A DNA stretch of 64,000 bases from Candidatus Omnitrophota bacterium (GCA_022703585.1 JAKLDJ010000004.1:71594-135593), one strand, 5' to 3'; numbered from the stretch's first letter, positions 1 to 11,027 are shown. A program made the numbers and translations. The notes: generated by a model not told the origin, from the letters alone.

Positions 1-48
1 TACCCGGATGAAACCAAAAGAAATCAATTCTTCAATCAAAAAGACGCC

Positions 49-792
49 ATGCACCGATTTTTCTGCCCTCAGGCAAAATTTGATTCCGGCGTAGCCGAAA
101 TCACAGACAAGAAGGAAATCCATCACCTAAGGGATGTCCTACGCCTTAAGGTCGGCGACGCGGTCGTCATCTTCGACGGAAAAGGAGGGGAGGCCGACGC
201 CGAGATTCTTTCTAATAGAGAAGATCTCGTAGCGCTTAAGATTAATCATATCCGCGGCGAAACTCCCAAGGCACTATCTATTCTTTTAGCCTGTGCCATC
301 CCCAAAAAATCAAAATTTGAAACAATCATCGAAAAGTGCACAGAGTTAGGGGTAGACGAAATAATCCCCTTGATAACACAGCGAACCGAAGTCCGACTAA
401 CTCCCGAGCGGGCATTAAGCAAAATATCCCGTTTTCAGTCTATTGCCGTCAATGCCGCCAAGCAATCTTGCCGAAAGACAGTACCGATCATTCATCCCGC
501 AATGAGCATAAAAGAAGTTACCGAGAAATTTTCCAGCGAAGACACGATTTTGTTTATACCCTGCCTGACGGGAACGCGAACGGATCTTAAAAGCGCCATG
601 CAGAAAGTCAGCAAACGGCACAAACAAATTTTATTTCTTATCGGGCCCGAGGGCGATTTTACTCCGGAGGAAGTATCTCTCGCCGTAAAACAAGATTGCC
701 TGCCGGTTTCCTTAGGAAAGACGGTCCTTAAAGTTGACACTGCGGCCATCACCGTCGTGGCAACGGCAAAAATATTCTGCGTGCATGAGTAA
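49..792 (+). CDS. rsmE: 16S rRNA (uracil1498-N3)-methyltransferase, RsmE family
   Basis: 247-aa ORF. PUA-like N-terminus and SPOUT-type C-terminus (GPEGDFTPEE, KTVLKVDTAAIT) typical of RsmE. Confidence 0.7.
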   Translation: MHRFFCPQAKFDSGVAEITDKKEIHHLRDVLRLKVGDAVVIFDGKGGEADAEILSNREDLVALKINHIRGETPKALSILLACAIPKKSKFETIIEKCTELGVDEIIPLITQRTEVRLTPERALSKISRFQSIAVNAAKQSCRKTVPIIHPAMSIKEVTEKFSSEDTILFIPCLTGTRTDLKSAMQKVSKRHKQILFLIGPEGDFTPEEVSLAVKQDCLPVSLGKTVLKVDTAAITVVATAKIFCVHE

Positions 793-2575
793 GAAAAAAG
801 AAATCGCCTTCATTGCATTGATCTTCCTTGCCGCGTTCCTCCTGCGGTTAGGATACTTAAAATTCCTTGCAACCCATTACCCGTTTTTTAATTATCCCAG
901 CAGCGATGTCGAGTATTACCAGAAGTGGGCAGACAGTATCGCCAAAGGTGAGTGGTTGGGCCGGGAAGTGTTCTACGGCATGCCACTGTTTCCCTATTTT
1001 TTGGCTGTCTTAAAATGCCTTACGCAGAAACACGATTTTGCCTTGCGCGTAATCCATATCGCGCTGGGGTCTCTAAATTGCGTTTTGCTTTATTACCTTG
1101 CCCGGCGCTTATTTTCCAGGAAAGTCGCCATCCTTTCCTCAGTTTTGGCCGCGACAAATTTCATTTTCATTTTTTACGACTGGCTCTTGATGCCGGTCAC
1201 ACTGATCATATTTTTAAGCCTCGCCATTACCCTTGTCCTGTCCGAATTAAATACGGAATCATCCTGGCGCCGATGGCTGGGGGCAGGGATCCTCATAGGC
1301 ACGGCCACCCTTGCCGACGGAAAATTCTTGCTTTTCTTGGTATTGACATTACTCTACCTCGGCTATTCATACCGCCGGGTGTTTCTGGAAAGGTGGAGCC
1401 GGATTTTCCTGCCGCTGGCAGCCGGGTTTTTAATTATTGTATCCGCCGTTACTTTTAGAAATTGGTTTGTCGCCAAAGACTTTGTCCTTTTAAGCGCCCA
1501 CAGCGGCATCAATTTCTATATCGGAAACGGGCCGTACTCCAGCGGAGTCTTTCAAAATCCAATTTTTCTTCCCCCGACCCACGAAGGGCATGCGCAGGGC
1601 CAGAAGATTATCGCGGAGCTAACCCTCCAGAGAAACCTCAAACCCTCCCAGGTCTCAAGTTTCTGGATGGACAAGACACTTCGATTTATCCAAAGCTCTC
1701 CCGGAGAATATATGCGCCTTCTTAGAAATAAGTTTCTGATGTTTTTCACCCGAATTGATGATGCCGATGATATTGATCTTTCACTCCAGAGAGATTGGAG
1801 AGAGGCCCTTGACTTTAATTCCTTCTCAATAATCTCCCCCCTGGCCATCCTGGGACTTGCCCTAACTTTAAAGAAATATCCTCAAATGGCTTTTGTTAAC
1901 CTGATAATCCTAAGCCAGTTTATATTCACCGTGATTTTCTTTCTTATCAGCCGCCATCGGGTAACCGTCGTGCCTTTTCTGATGATGTATGAAGCCTTCA
2001 CGATTTTCTGGCTTATCGAGAGAATCCAAAAGCGCCGTTTCATTCCCGTCGTCGTTAGCGGCATTCTTTGTTTCGTACTTTTTATGTTCCTGAAGCCTGT
2101 TGTAATCGGTCAGCGGGTTATCGATTTTACCCGGCTTATGAAATCCGGCTTTATCTTTTCCCAATCCGGTGACTCCTTGCGCGCCCGGGACCAATACCAA
2201 AAAGCCCTCGAGCTGCAACCGTTTGACGTCGATGCCCTCTACAATCTGGGGAATTGCTACGCCGAAGAAAAGAATTTCCCTGAGGCCATCCGCTACTACC
2301 AAAAAGTCTTGGCCATTCGATCCTATGATACGGATGCCCTTTTTAATTTAGCCCGGGTTTACGAGCTGGCCAACACCCCCGCACAGGCCATTGAGACATA
2401 CCAGCAACTGCTTTTGGTTAAACCCAGCGAATATAATGCTCATTTAAAATTAGCTGCAATCTACCGCAGCCAAAAAAATTGCAAACAGGCAATTATCCAT
2501 TACGAACAGGCCGTAAAAATCAACCCCTTGTTGGCCCAAGAGGTTAAACGCGCAATCGACGAATGCACAAAATAA
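785..2575 (+). CDS. Polytopic membrane protein, GT-C/ArnT-PMT-like glycosyltransferase fold, with C-terminal TPR repeats
   Basis: Internal ATG at 785 (MSKKKEIAF) chosen because it overlaps the rsmE stop. About 12 predicted TM helices are followed by three TPR-like repeats (ALYNLGNCYAEEKNFPEAIRYYQKVL..., ALFNLARVYE...). Confidence 0.45.
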   Translation: MSKKKEIAFIALIFLAAFLLRLGYLKFLATHYPFFNYPSSDVEYYQKWADSIAKGEWLGREVFYGMPLFPYFLAVLKCLTQKHDFALRVIHIALGSLNCVLLYYLARRLFSRKVAILSSVLAATNFIFIFYDWLLMPVTLIIFLSLAITLVLSELNTESSWRRWLGAGILIGTATLADGKFLLFLVLTLLYLGYSYRRVFLERWSRIFLPLAAGFLIIVSAVTFRNWFVAKDFVLLSAHSGINFYIGNGPYSSGVFQNPIFLPPTHEGHAQGQKIIAELTLQRNLKPSQVSSFWMDKTLRFIQSSPGEYMRLLRNKFLMFFTRIDDADDIDLSLQRDWREALDFNSFSIISPLAILGLALTLKKYPQMAFVNLIILSQFIFTVIFFLISRHRVTVVPFLMMYEAFTIFWLIERIQKRRFIPVVVSGILCFVLFMFLKPVVIGQRVIDFTRLMKSGFIFSQSGDSLRARDQYQKALELQPFDVDALYNLGNCYAEEKNFPEAIRYYQKVLAIRSYDTDALFNLARVYELANTPAQAIETYQQLLLVKPSEYNAHLKLAAIYRSQKNCKQAIIHYEQAVKINPLLAQEVKRAIDECTK

Positions 2576-2676
2576 CGTATTTACCGCCTTTTCGTAGTTG
2601 CGTGCCCTCTCCTGAGATTAAAACTGTAACTTGTTATCTTGCAAACCTTTAGTAGAATAATCCAGACGGGAAATTG

Positions 2677-2705
2677 TTGACACAAAGGGATTCATTAGGT
2701 ATAAT
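2677..2705 (+). promoter_or_regulatory. sigma70-like promoter (TTGACA-N17-TATAAT) upstream of recA
   Basis: ttgacacaaagggattcattaggtataat has exact consensus hexamers with 17-nt spacing, ~90 bp upstream of the recA ATG. Confidence 0.5.
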
Positions 2706-2797
2706 TTCTCGTCTCATTTTCTATAGTAAAGTCCGATATAAATACCAGTCACATTAGATGCACCCACACGTTAAAAGCACTACAAAGGGGGATTTGA

Positions 2798-3859
2798 ATG
2801 AGTGAGCAAAAAAAGACTGTCGAGCCAACCAGTAAAGCCGCGGAACAAAAAAAGACCGCAGACGCATCCAACAAGCTTAAAGCATTAGAACTCGCCCTAA
2901 GCCAAATCGAAAAACAATTCGGCAAGGGTTCCATCATGAAGATGGGCAGCGACACCAACTTCGATATTCCCGCCATCCCGACGGGATCAATAGCCCTGGA
3001 TGTCGCCATCGGTATCGGCGGCATACCCCGGGGAAGAGTGGTCGAAGTCTACGGCCCCGAATCATCGGGTAAAACTACCCTGACATTAAGCGTTATCCGT
3101 CAGACTCAAAAAATGGGCGGTGTTGCCGCTTTTATCGATGCCGAACATGCCTTTGACTCTTCTTACGCCCGGACCGTCGGCGTCAACTTAGACGACCTTT
3201 TAATTTCGCAACCCGATACCGGTGAGCAGGCGCTGGAGATTGCCGAGACCCTGGTACGCTCAAACGCCGTAGACCTGGTTGTCATCGATTCCGTCGCTGC
3301 CCTGACCCCTCGCGCCGAAATCGAAGGCGAGATGGGGGATTCCCATATGGGCCTTCAGGCAAGGCTAATGTCCCAGGCCTTGCGCAAGCTAACCGCCGCC
3401 ATCAGCAAATCAAAAACCTGCGTTATTTTTATCAACCAAATCCGGATGAAAATCGGGGTTATGTTCGGTTCGCCCGAGACCACCACCGGCGGTAATGCGT
3501 TGAAGTTTTATGCCTCACTGCGCATTGACCTGCGCCGCATTGAAACCTTAAAGAAAGGCGACGAGGCCATCGGTAACCGGGTGCGCGCAAAAATAGTTAA
3601 AAACAAGCTCGCGCCGCCTTTCCGAGATGCGGAATTCGAAATCCATTTTGCCGAAGGGATTTCGCGGGAGAGCGATATCCTGGACATGGGAATCAAACAC
3701 GAATTTATCGAAAAATCCGGCGCCTGGCTTTCGTTTGAGGGAGAAAAAATCGGCCAGGGACGCGACGCCGCCCGGGTTTTCTTAAAGGAAAACCCAAAAG
3801 TGCTGGCCCGCATTGAGAAGCTGATAACTGACAAATTGCTGCCAAAAACAAAAGGTTAA
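2798..3859 (+). CDS. recA: Recombinase RecA
   Basis: Canonical RecA sequence: GKGSIMKMG, Walker [11 protein letters not shown]2 loop region. Confidence 0.97.
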   Translation: MSEQKKTVEPTSKAAEQKKTADASNKLKALELALSQIEKQFGKGSIMKMGSDTNFDIPAIPTGSIALDVAIGIGGIPRGRVVEVYGPESSGKTTLTLSVIRQTQKMGGVAAFIDAEHAFDSSYARTVGVNLDDLLISQPDTGEQALEIAETLVRSNAVDLVVIDSVAALTPRAEIEGEMGDSHMGLQARLMSQALRKLTAAISKSKTCVIFINQIRMKIGVMFGSPETTTGGNALKFYASLRIDLRRIETLKKGDEAIGNRVRAKIVKNKLAPPFRDAEFEIHFAEGISRESDILDMGIKHEFIEKSGAWLSFEGEKIGQGRDAARVFLKENPKVLARIEKLITDKLLPKTKG

Positions 3860-3914
3860 AGCATTATCAACAAAATTAATTTCACAAGGGACTGGTTTTC
3901 AGGGAGGAAATTTT

Positions 3915-5420
3915 ATGAACAGACAAACTAAAAAATCCTTTCTTTCTGTCTTGGTAATTTTTACTGTCCTGGGAGCAGGCATTTCTTTTGATTGCAAGAA
4001 TTTTACATCGGCAACCATGCTCTATGCGCAAACAGCTGCCGTCGCAACAACAGATAACTTTACCCATGCCGTTGAAAATGTCGCTGCTGGCGTCGGACCG
4101 GCTGTTGTTTCCATACTTACCGAAAAGGTCGAGCGCCATCAAATGCGAAGAAGCTTCCGGGGGAGCCCGTTCGAAGACGAATTTCTGGACAGGTTTTTTG
4201 AGGATTTCTTCGGTGAAATCCCCGACCGCGAATTCAAGCGTTCCGGCATGGGGTCAGGTGTCATTATTGATAAACGGGGCTACATACTAACCAACCAACA
4301 TGTAATCGAAGATACCGACACGATAACTGTTACCTTGCCGGATGGAAGAGAGTTTAAAGCCACTCTAAAAGGGACCGACCCGCGCTCGGATTTGGCGGTA
4401 GTAAAAATTGACGCCCCGGACCTTCCGATTGCAAAATTAGGCGATTCCGACACCCTTAAAATCGGCCAATGGGTTGTCGCCATCGGCAGCCCCTTTGGCA
4501 ACTTATTGTCAAACCCGGAGCCAACCGTCACTGCGGGCGTAATCAGCGCACTGCATCGCTCTCTGCCGCGCACATCCCGCAGGGATTTGGATTATACCGA
4601 CCTGGTTCAGACCGATGCCGCCATCAATCCCGGTAACTCCGGCGGGCCGCTGGTTAACTTAGACGGTGAAATCATCGGAATTAACGTTGCCATATTTTCA
4701 ACTTCCGGCGGTTATCAGGGCATTGGATTCGCTATACCGGTCAATACGGCCAAAAGGATCGTCACTAATCTCATTGAAGGCAAAGAGGTTGATTACGGAT
4801 GGATTGGCGTCAGCATCCAGGATGTCGATGAGCAGTTGGCCCAATATTTTGGCTTATCAAAATCCGAAGGAGCCGTTGTGTCCAAAGTCCTTGATGACGG
4901 GCCTGCGCAGAAGGCGGGGATCAAGGACGGCGATGTTATCCTTTCGGCTGACGGAAAACCGATTAAAGACGTTAATGCCTTATTGAAGATTATCGGCAAT
5001 ACGCCGGTCGGCAAGAAAATCGCCGTTGAGGTCGTTCGAGATAAGAAAACTATAACCCTTTCCATCACTGTCGGCAAAAGGCCTTCGTTTGATGAAGAAG
5101 GTGAAATGATAACCAAAGAGGAAGCGTCAAGAGGCCCCGTCGAAACAAAAACCAATCAATGGCGCGGCCTTACAGTTGAAAATATCACGCGTGAGCTTAG
5201 TCAAAGACTCAACATTAAGAGCACAAACGGGGTTGTGGTTGTTGCCGTCGAAGACAACAGCCCCGCTCAGAAAGCAGAGTTGAACAAAGGTGATGTCATC
5301 ACCATGATCAACAAAGAACTCGTCCGTGATACTAGGGATTTTCAGGTGGCTATCCAGCGGGCGAAAGGCGATTGCCTTATCCAGACCATGCGCGGTTTTG
5401 TGGTTATCAAGGAACAATAG
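3915..5420 (+). CDS. htrA: Periplasmic serine endoprotease, HtrA/DegP family (trypsin-like domain + two PDZ domains)
   Basis: Signal peptide; catalytic motifs TNQHVIED, D...AVVKI and GNSGGPLVN; two PDZ-like segments in the C-terminal half. Confidence 0.9.
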   Translation: MNRQTKKSFLSVLVIFTVLGAGISFDCKNFTSATMLYAQTAAVATTDNFTHAVENVAAGVGPAVVSILTEKVERHQMRRSFRGSPFEDEFLDRFFEDFFGEIPDREFKRSGMGSGVIIDKRGYILTNQHVIEDTDTITVTLPDGREFKATLKGTDPRSDLAVVKIDAPDLPIAKLGDSDTLKIGQWVVAIGSPFGNLLSNPEPTVTAGVISALHRSLPRTSRRDLDYTDLVQTDAAINPGNSGGPLVNLDGEIIGINVAIFSTSGGYQGIGFAIPVNTAKRIVTNLIEGKEVDYGWIGVSIQDVDEQLAQYFGLSKSEGAVVSKVLDDGPAQKAGIKDGDVILSADGKPIKDVNALLKIIGNTPVGKKIAVEVVRDKKTITLSITVGKRPSFDEEGEMITKEEASRGPVETKTNQWRGLTVENITRELSQRLNIKSTNGVVVVAVEDNSPAQKAELNKGDVITMINKELVRDTRDFQVAIQRAKGDCLIQTMRGFVVIKEQ

Positions 5421-5423
5421 CCG

Positions 5424-5897
5424 ATGCCAGCGGAAGAATCGGCCGAAGAGTTTACGAAAGCAAAGAAATTCAGTTTTCGTCTTTTGAAAGTTCGCGGCCG
5501 AAGCGAAGCAGAAATCAAGGAAAGACTCAGGCAAAAAGAGTTTCCCGATTCCGTCATCGCGCAAACGTTACAATATCTTCACCAAATGCGGCTCGTCGAT
5601 GACCGCCAGTTTGCCAAGGATTGGGTCAGCGCCCGCGGCGAGAAATCCTTTGGATTACGGCGCATCGCCTCTGAACTTAAACAAAAAGGGATTGCCGACG
5701 AAATCATCAATGAAGAACTTGAGCAGTTACGCAATAGCCACCACGAAGAAGAAACAGCTTTTACATTGGCCAAACAACAACAGTTAAAGCGCTGCAAAAA
5801 CATGGAAAAGGAACGGGCAATGCAGCGCATCTTTCAATATTTAGCCCACCGGGGTTTTAATCCGGAAATAATCGAAGACACCTTAAGGAAATTATGA
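5424..5897 (+). CDS. recX: RecA regulator RecX
   Basis: 157-aa three-helix-repeat RecX-like sequence. Positioned between recA/htrA and alaS, the conserved recA-recX-alaS context. Confidence 0.8.
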   Translation: MPAEESAEEFTKAKKFSFRLLKVRGRSEAEIKERLRQKEFPDSVIAQTLQYLHQMRLVDDRQFAKDWVSARGEKSFGLRRIASELKQKGIADEIINEELEQLRNSHHEEETAFTLAKQQQLKRCKNMEKERAMQRIFQYLAHRGFNPEIIEDTLRKL

Positions 5898-8551
5898 ACG
5901 CCGATTTGATCCGAAAGAAATTCCTGGATTTCTTTGCTTCCAAAAAACACACCATCATCGCTAGCGATTCGCTGGTCCCCAAAGATGACCCGACGGTTCT
6001 CTTTACCACGGCCGGGATGCAACAATTCAAGCGCCAGTTTTTAGGACAAATCGACGGCTACACCCGCGCCGCCACCTCGCAAAAATGCCTGCGCACCGAC
6101 GACTTGGACCGAGTAGGAAAAACCAATTTCCATCACACATTCTTTGAGATGCTGGGAAATTTCTCATTCGGCGACTACTTTAAAAAAGAGGCTATCGAGT
6201 GGGCATGGGAATTTTTGACCAAAGAAGTTAAAATCCCGGCTGACCGGCTATGGGTTTCGGTTTACAAAGAAGACCAGGAAGCAGAAAAGATTTGGCTCGA
6301 AGATATTAAGATACCTGCACAAAAACTTGTCCGCCTGGGCGATAAGAGCAATTTCTGGCCGTCGGAAGCCAAAACCAAGGGGCCCAACGGGCCTTGCGGG
6401 CCATGCTCAGAGATTTTTTACGATTACGGACCCGAGACCGGCTGCGGCAAAGCAGATTGCTCGCCCGAGTGCGATTGCGGGCGTTTTGCCGAGATATGGA
6501 ATCTGGTTTTTACACAGTTTAACCGTAAAGAAGACGGAAGCTTAGAGCCTTTACCTAATAAGAATATCGACACCGGTATGGGCTTTGAGCGACTGGCAGC
6601 GGTTTTACAGGGAAAGAAGAATAATTTTGAGACGGATTTGTTTGAGCCGATTATAGAAGCAATCGACAAAGAAACAAATGCCCACAAAGATAAATACACT
6701 TTAGATATCACGGACAAGCGCATTATCGCCGATCACATTCGCGCCGTTACTTTTGGCATTAACGACGGTGTTATTCCGTCGAATGAGGGAAGGGGATATG
6801 TCATTAAGCGCTTGATCATTGATGCAACGGACAAGATGATACCTCTCGGAAAAACAGGCACACGGTTATATAAACTTGTTCCCGTAGTTGTTTCAGCCAT
6901 GAAAGCACCTTACCCTGAACTTCAAAACAAAATGAACGATATTACGGGAATGATTCAGAAAATACAAGAATCGTATCTCGTAACCCGCGATGAAAGAATT
7001 CCAGAACTTAAGCAAAAAATAAGGTCGCTTAAAGATCTCGCCCTAGATGAAAAGGCAAAGAAAATGGGGAAAGTATTATTTGAATATAGAGACACTTACG
7101 GAGTAACGTTCTCAACCATTAAGAAAATCGTTGAGGAGGAATTTGGCGAAGAGCTAGAATTTGGAAAGAATGTTGTTGTAGAATCCTACAAATTCTCAGA
7201 ATATCTTATGGAAGAACAACGAAACCGTTCCCGCGCCGCCAGTAAAATGACCGGCGATGTTTTTGCCGACGCGGAATTAAATCTCAACGTCCCCAAGACC
7301 GAATTTTTGGGCTACAACGATTTTTCCTCCCGGGGCAAAATCTTAAAAATTTTTATAGGCAACAAAGAGGTTGCGGAAGCCAAGAAAGACGATGCGATCA
7401 AAATTGTTCTGGACCGTACACCCTTTTATGCCGAGAGCGGCGGACAGGTCGGCGACACTGGCATCATCAAAAAGAACGATTCCGCTATTAAAATTACCGG
7501 CACCCGAAAAATCGCAGACGTTTTTATTCATTCCGGGACAGTCGAAGAAGGGATATTTCATCCCGGAGATTTTGTTGACGCACAGATTGACGCACAAAGG
7601 CGTTTATCTGTTATGCGCAACCACACTGCCACGCACCTTTTACAGGCAGCGTTACGAAATGTCCTGGGCGGACATATCCAGCAACAAGGCTCTTTGGTCG
7701 ACGAAGACCGCCTGCGTTTTGACTTTACGCATCCTAAAGGGCTTAGCCAAGAGGATATCGCAAAGATTGAGGCATCCGTAAACTTAAGCATTCTTAATTG
7801 TTATAAAGTCGACAAAAAAACCATGTCCCTCAATGAAGCAAAAGACGCAGGGGCCCTGGCATTTTTTGCCGAGAAATACGGCGATACGGTGCGCGTGGTT
7901 GCGGTTAGCGATTATTCCAAGGAACTGTGCGGCGGCACACACCTTGAAACAACAGGCCAGATCGGACTATTTAAAATCGTTGCCGAGAGCGCCATCGCCC
8001 AGGGGATACGCCGCATTGAAGCCGTAACCGGAACCCACGCCCTCGATTTTATTCGCAGTAAAGAAGAGCAGATTGATACAATTTCACAAATCCTGAAAGT
8101 ACCGGCCAGCGAGATTGTTCCTCGGGTCGAGGCCCAGGTAAAACAATTAAAGGAATTTGAAAAAGAAGCCGAAGAACTTCGTTTTGAAATCATTAGAGGG
8201 TCTCTTGAGGGTGTAATCAGAAGTGTAAAATTAGTAAAAAATATTTATCTCGTACGGCATATCTTCGAGAATGTCGAATTTACGGCTTTACGCAAAATAG
8301 CGGATGTCATTAAACAACGGATGAAATCCGTGTGTGTCGCGATTGCCTCAAAACACGACGGCAACGCCTTCTTACTGGTTATGGTAACCGACGATTTGGT
8401 TCAAAAGGGAATCCGTGCCGATGCCATCATCAAAGACATCGCGCCTCTAATAAATGGCAGCGGCGGCGGCCGGCCCCAGCTGGCGCAGGCCGGCAGCAAA
8501 GAAACATCCGGCCTGGAAGAGGCCCTAAAAAAGGTTGAACGTTTGATATAG
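5894..8551 (+). CDS. alaS: Alanine--tRNA ligase
   Basis: 885 aa. Class II aaRS motifs (FTTAGMQQFK, GNFSFGDYFK), editing domain HxxxH (HTATHLL) and C-terminal DHHA1-like region. Confidence 0.97.
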   Translation: MNADLIRKKFLDFFASKKHTIIASDSLVPKDDPTVLFTTAGMQQFKRQFLGQIDGYTRAATSQKCLRTDDLDRVGKTNFHHTFFEMLGNFSFGDYFKKEAIEWAWEFLTKEVKIPADRLWVSVYKEDQEAEKIWLEDIKIPAQKLVRLGDKSNFWPSEAKTKGPNGPCGPCSEIFYDYGPETGCGKADCSPECDCGRFAEIWNLVFTQFNRKEDGSLEPLPNKNIDTGMGFERLAAVLQGKKNNFETDLFEPIIEAIDKETNAHKDKYTLDITDKRIIADHIRAVTFGINDGVIPSNEGRGYVIKRLIIDATDKMIPLGKTGTRLYKLVPVVVSAMKAPYPELQNKMNDITGMIQKIQESYLVTRDERIPELKQKIRSLKDLALDEKAKKMGKVLFEYRDTYGVTFSTIKKIVEEEFGEELEFGKNVVVESYKFSEYLMEEQRNRSRAASKMTGDVFADAELNLNVPKTEFLGYNDFSSRGKILKIFIGNKEVAEAKKDDAIKIVLDRTPFYAESGGQVGDTGIIKKNDSAIKITGTRKIADVFIHSGTVEEGIFHPGDFVDAQIDAQRRLSVMRNHTATHLLQAALRNVLGGHIQQQGSLVDEDRLRFDFTHPKGLSQEDIAKIEASVNLSILNCYKVDKKTMSLNEAKDAGALAFFAEKYGDTVRVVAVSDYSKELCGGTHLETTGQIGLFKIVAESAIAQGIRRIEAVTGTHALDFIRSKEEQIDTISQILKVPASEIVPRVEAQVKQLKEFEKEAEELRFEIIRGSLEGVIRSVKLVKNIYLVRHIFENVEFTALRKIADVIKQRMKSVCVAIASKHDGNAFLLVMVTDDLVQKGIRADAIIKDIAPLINGSGGGRPQLAQAGSKETSGLEEALKKVERLI

Positions 8552-8564
8552 GAAGGTTTCTAAA

Positions 8565-9791
8565 ATGAGAATCTTAAAACAGACCAGCCAAGGCTTACAA
8601 AAAATTTACGACCGCAATCTTTCCATACGCAAAAAAAGGATCGAAGAAAAAGTGCGCGTCATTATCGATGACATCCGTCTCAACGGCGATGATGCCCTTA
8701 TCAAATACACCAAAAAATTCGACGGAGTGAAATTGACTGCCAAGCAGCTGCGTGTCCCCGAGTGCGAGATCAGCGGCGCTTTTCAGAATATTACCAGCGA
8801 TTTTATCGCCGCCTTGAAGGTCATCATTGAGAATGTTTCAATATTCTATCGCAAACAGCTTAAAAAACCCTGCCGCGTCAAAAATGCGGACGGGGTGCTT
8901 TTAAAAGAACAAATCGATTCCCTGGAATCAGTCGGCATTTACATCCCGGCAGGCACCGCACCGCTGGTTTCCACCGTCTACATGACCGCCATTCCGGCAA
9001 AAGTCGCAGGTGTTAAACGTATCGTTATCGCCACGCCCCCGGATGAAAATGGCCACATCAACCCATATATCCTGGCCGTTGCCAGCCTTCTAAAGGTGAA
9101 CGAAATCTACAAGCTAGGCGGTGCCCAAGCCATTGCCGCGCTCGCCTTAGGGACAAAAACGATTCCCCGAGTCGATAAAATTATCGGCCCCGGCAATATG
9201 TACGTCACCGAGGCCAAACGGCAGCTTTTTGGCTATGTCGATATCGACATGCTGGCCGGCCCGACCGAACTCGTTGTCATTGCCAACCGCCACAGCAATC
9301 CCGATTACGTCGTCGCGGACCTTGATTCCCAGGCCGAGCATGCAGGAGGGTTGGTAGTCCTCATTACCAATTCCAAACAATTAATCCGCTATGTCCGTAC
9401 CAAGGTTCATAGCGGCTACGCTATCCTGGTAAAAAATATGGAAGAGGCAATCATTGTCGCTAACAGAATCGCGCCCGAACATATCCAGATACTGACCAAC
9501 AACCCCCTGAGCGTGGGCCGGAAGATCCGCAATGCCGGAGCCATATTCTTAGGGCCCTATAGCCCGACGGCCATCGGAGATTTCGTTGCCGGCCCCAGCC
9601 ATGTCCTCCCGACGTTAGGGACGGCGCGGTTCTTTTCGGGATTATGCCTCTCGGACTTTACCCGTACCAGCCATATCATTTCCTATTCAAAAAAGGCTTT
9701 GGAAAAAACACGGGGGCCGCTTGAAAAAGTCGCCGCCATTGAAGGCTTAACCAAGCATTACGAATCCGTTAAAATCAGATTCCATTCTTAA
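8565..9791 (+). CDS. hisD: Histidinol dehydrogenase
   Basis: 408 aa, HisD family (IPAGTAPL, GPGNMYVTEAKR, DSQAEH). Confidence 0.95.
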   Translation: MRILKQTSQGLQKIYDRNLSIRKKRIEEKVRVIIDDIRLNGDDALIKYTKKFDGVKLTAKQLRVPECEISGAFQNITSDFIAALKVIIENVSIFYRKQLKKPCRVKNADGVLLKEQIDSLESVGIYIPAGTAPLVSTVYMTAIPAKVAGVKRIVIATPPDENGHINPYILAVASLLKVNEIYKLGGAQAIAALALGTKTIPRVDKIIGPGNMYVTEAKRQLFGYVDIDMLAGPTELVVIANRHSNPDYVVADLDSQAEHAGGLVVLITNSKQLIRYVRTKVHSGYAILVKNMEEAIIVANRIAPEHIQILTNNPLSVGRKIRNAGAIFLGPYSPTAIGDFVAGPSHVLPTLGTARFFSGLCLSDFTRTSHIISYSKKALEKTRGPLEKVAAIEGLTKHYESVKIRFHS

Positions 9792-9807
9792 GAAAGGACA
9801 GTTTAAA

Positions 9808-10419
9808 GTGAAACAACGTAAAGCTCAATTAGAACGCAAAAGCAAAGAGACCGAGATCAAAATCGTCCTCAATGTTGACGGCCAGGGAAAATCAAAAATC
9901 AAAACCAATGTCGGCATCCTCGACCACATGCTGGAACTATTTTCCTTCCACGGGTTTTTTGACCTAGATATTGAGGTTAAAAAAGCCGACCTCAACGTCG
10001 ACATTCACCACACCAATGAAGACGTCGGAATTGTCCTAGGAAAAGCTTTTAAAGAAGCCCTGGGAGAAAAAGAGGGCATCAAGAGATTCGGCTTTGCCTG
10101 TGTCCCCATGGAAGCGACACTCGCCGACTGCATTATTGATATCAGCGGCCGGGGATTTTTTAAACTCACTATCGACGGCGCGCATCCGCCCAGCCGCGAA
10201 CAGGACGGCTATGCATTTACCTACTTGGAACACTTTTTTGAATCTTTCGCTCATACCGTCGGCGCGACCATCCATATCCGTATGCGCAATGTCAGTGACG
10301 ATTTACATACAAACCTGGAATCCGTTTTTAAGGCATTCGGGCTTGCCCTGGATACGGCCACTCGGATAGAGCCAAAGAGAAAAAGCATAGTCCCCTCGAC
10401 CAAAGGAATCATTGACTAG
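9808..10419 (+). CDS. hisB: Imidazoleglycerol-phosphate dehydratase
   Basis: 203 aa with IGPD signature (GILDHMLELFSFHG, DxHHxxE). Confidence 0.93.
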   Translation: MKQRKAQLERKSKETEIKIVLNVDGQGKSKIKTNVGILDHMLELFSFHGFFDLDIEVKKADLNVDIHHTNEDVGIVLGKAFKEALGEKEGIKRFGFACVPMEATLADCIIDISGRGFFKLTIDGAHPPSREQDGYAFTYLEHFFESFAHTVGATIHIRMRNVSDDLHTNLESVFKAFGLALDTATRIEPKRKSIVPSTKGIID

Positions 10420-10421
10420 AA

Positions 10422-11027
10422 ATGATTGCCATTATTGACTACGGGATGGGGAATTTGCGTAGCGTCCAAAAGGCTCTTGAGAAAGTCGGCGCCAAAACTG
10501 TGATCACCCAAGAACCCTCCGATATTCTCCGCTCTCAAAAAATCGTCCTGCCCGGCGTCGGGGCTATGCAGCCGGCTATGGAAAAACTTCAATCGCTGGG
10601 GTTAATTGCGCCCATCCGAGAATCAATCGCAAGCAACAAACCATTTCTGGGAATTTGTTTAGGATTGCAATTACTCTTTGAGGAAAGCGACGAAGGGGGA
10701 AACGTTAAAGGGCTAGGGATCTTCAAGGGCAAGGTGATTCGGTTTTCGAAACTTAAAGTACCTCACATGGGCTGGAACCGGATCAATATTAAAGATGCCG
10801 GCAATCTGCTATTTTCCGGAGTGAAAAATCAATCCTTCGTTTATTTTTGCCACTCATACTGTGTCAGGCCGGAAGATACGGGAGTAATCGCAACCACCAC
10901 CGATTATGCGATTGATTTTGTTTCATCCGTGCGCAAAGAAAATGTTTTCGGCGTTCAATTCCATCCCGAAAAAAGCCAAGATATCGGCTTGCGTATTTTA
11001 AAGAATTTCTCAGGACTAAAAGAATGA
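10422..11027 (+). CDS. hisH: Imidazole glycerol phosphate synthase, glutamine amidotransferase subunit
   Basis: Class I GATase with catalytic Cys in GICLGLQLL and H/E near the C-terminus. Sits between hisB and hisA. Confidence 0.93.
   Translation: MIAIIDYGMGNLRSVQKALEKVGAKTVITQEPSDILRSQKIVLPGVGAMQPAMEKLQSLGLIAPIRESIASNKPFLGICLGLQLLFEESDEGGNVKGLGIFKGKVIRFSKLKVPHMGWNRINIKDAGNLLFSGVKNQSFVYFCHSYCVRPEDTGVIATTTDYAIDFVSSVRKENVFGVQFHPEKSQDIGLRILKNFSGLKE

Noticed and set aside
952-1458. 168-aa alternative-frame + ORF
   Set aside because: Nested inside the 12-TM glycosyltransferase-like gene in a different frame, with no start context.
2576-2797. LexA/SOS box upstream of recA
   Set aside because: I looked for CTGT-N8-ACAG-type or other palindromes. 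Only a non-palindromic ctgtaacttgttatc was found, so nothing can be supported without knowing the lineage-specific LexA motif.
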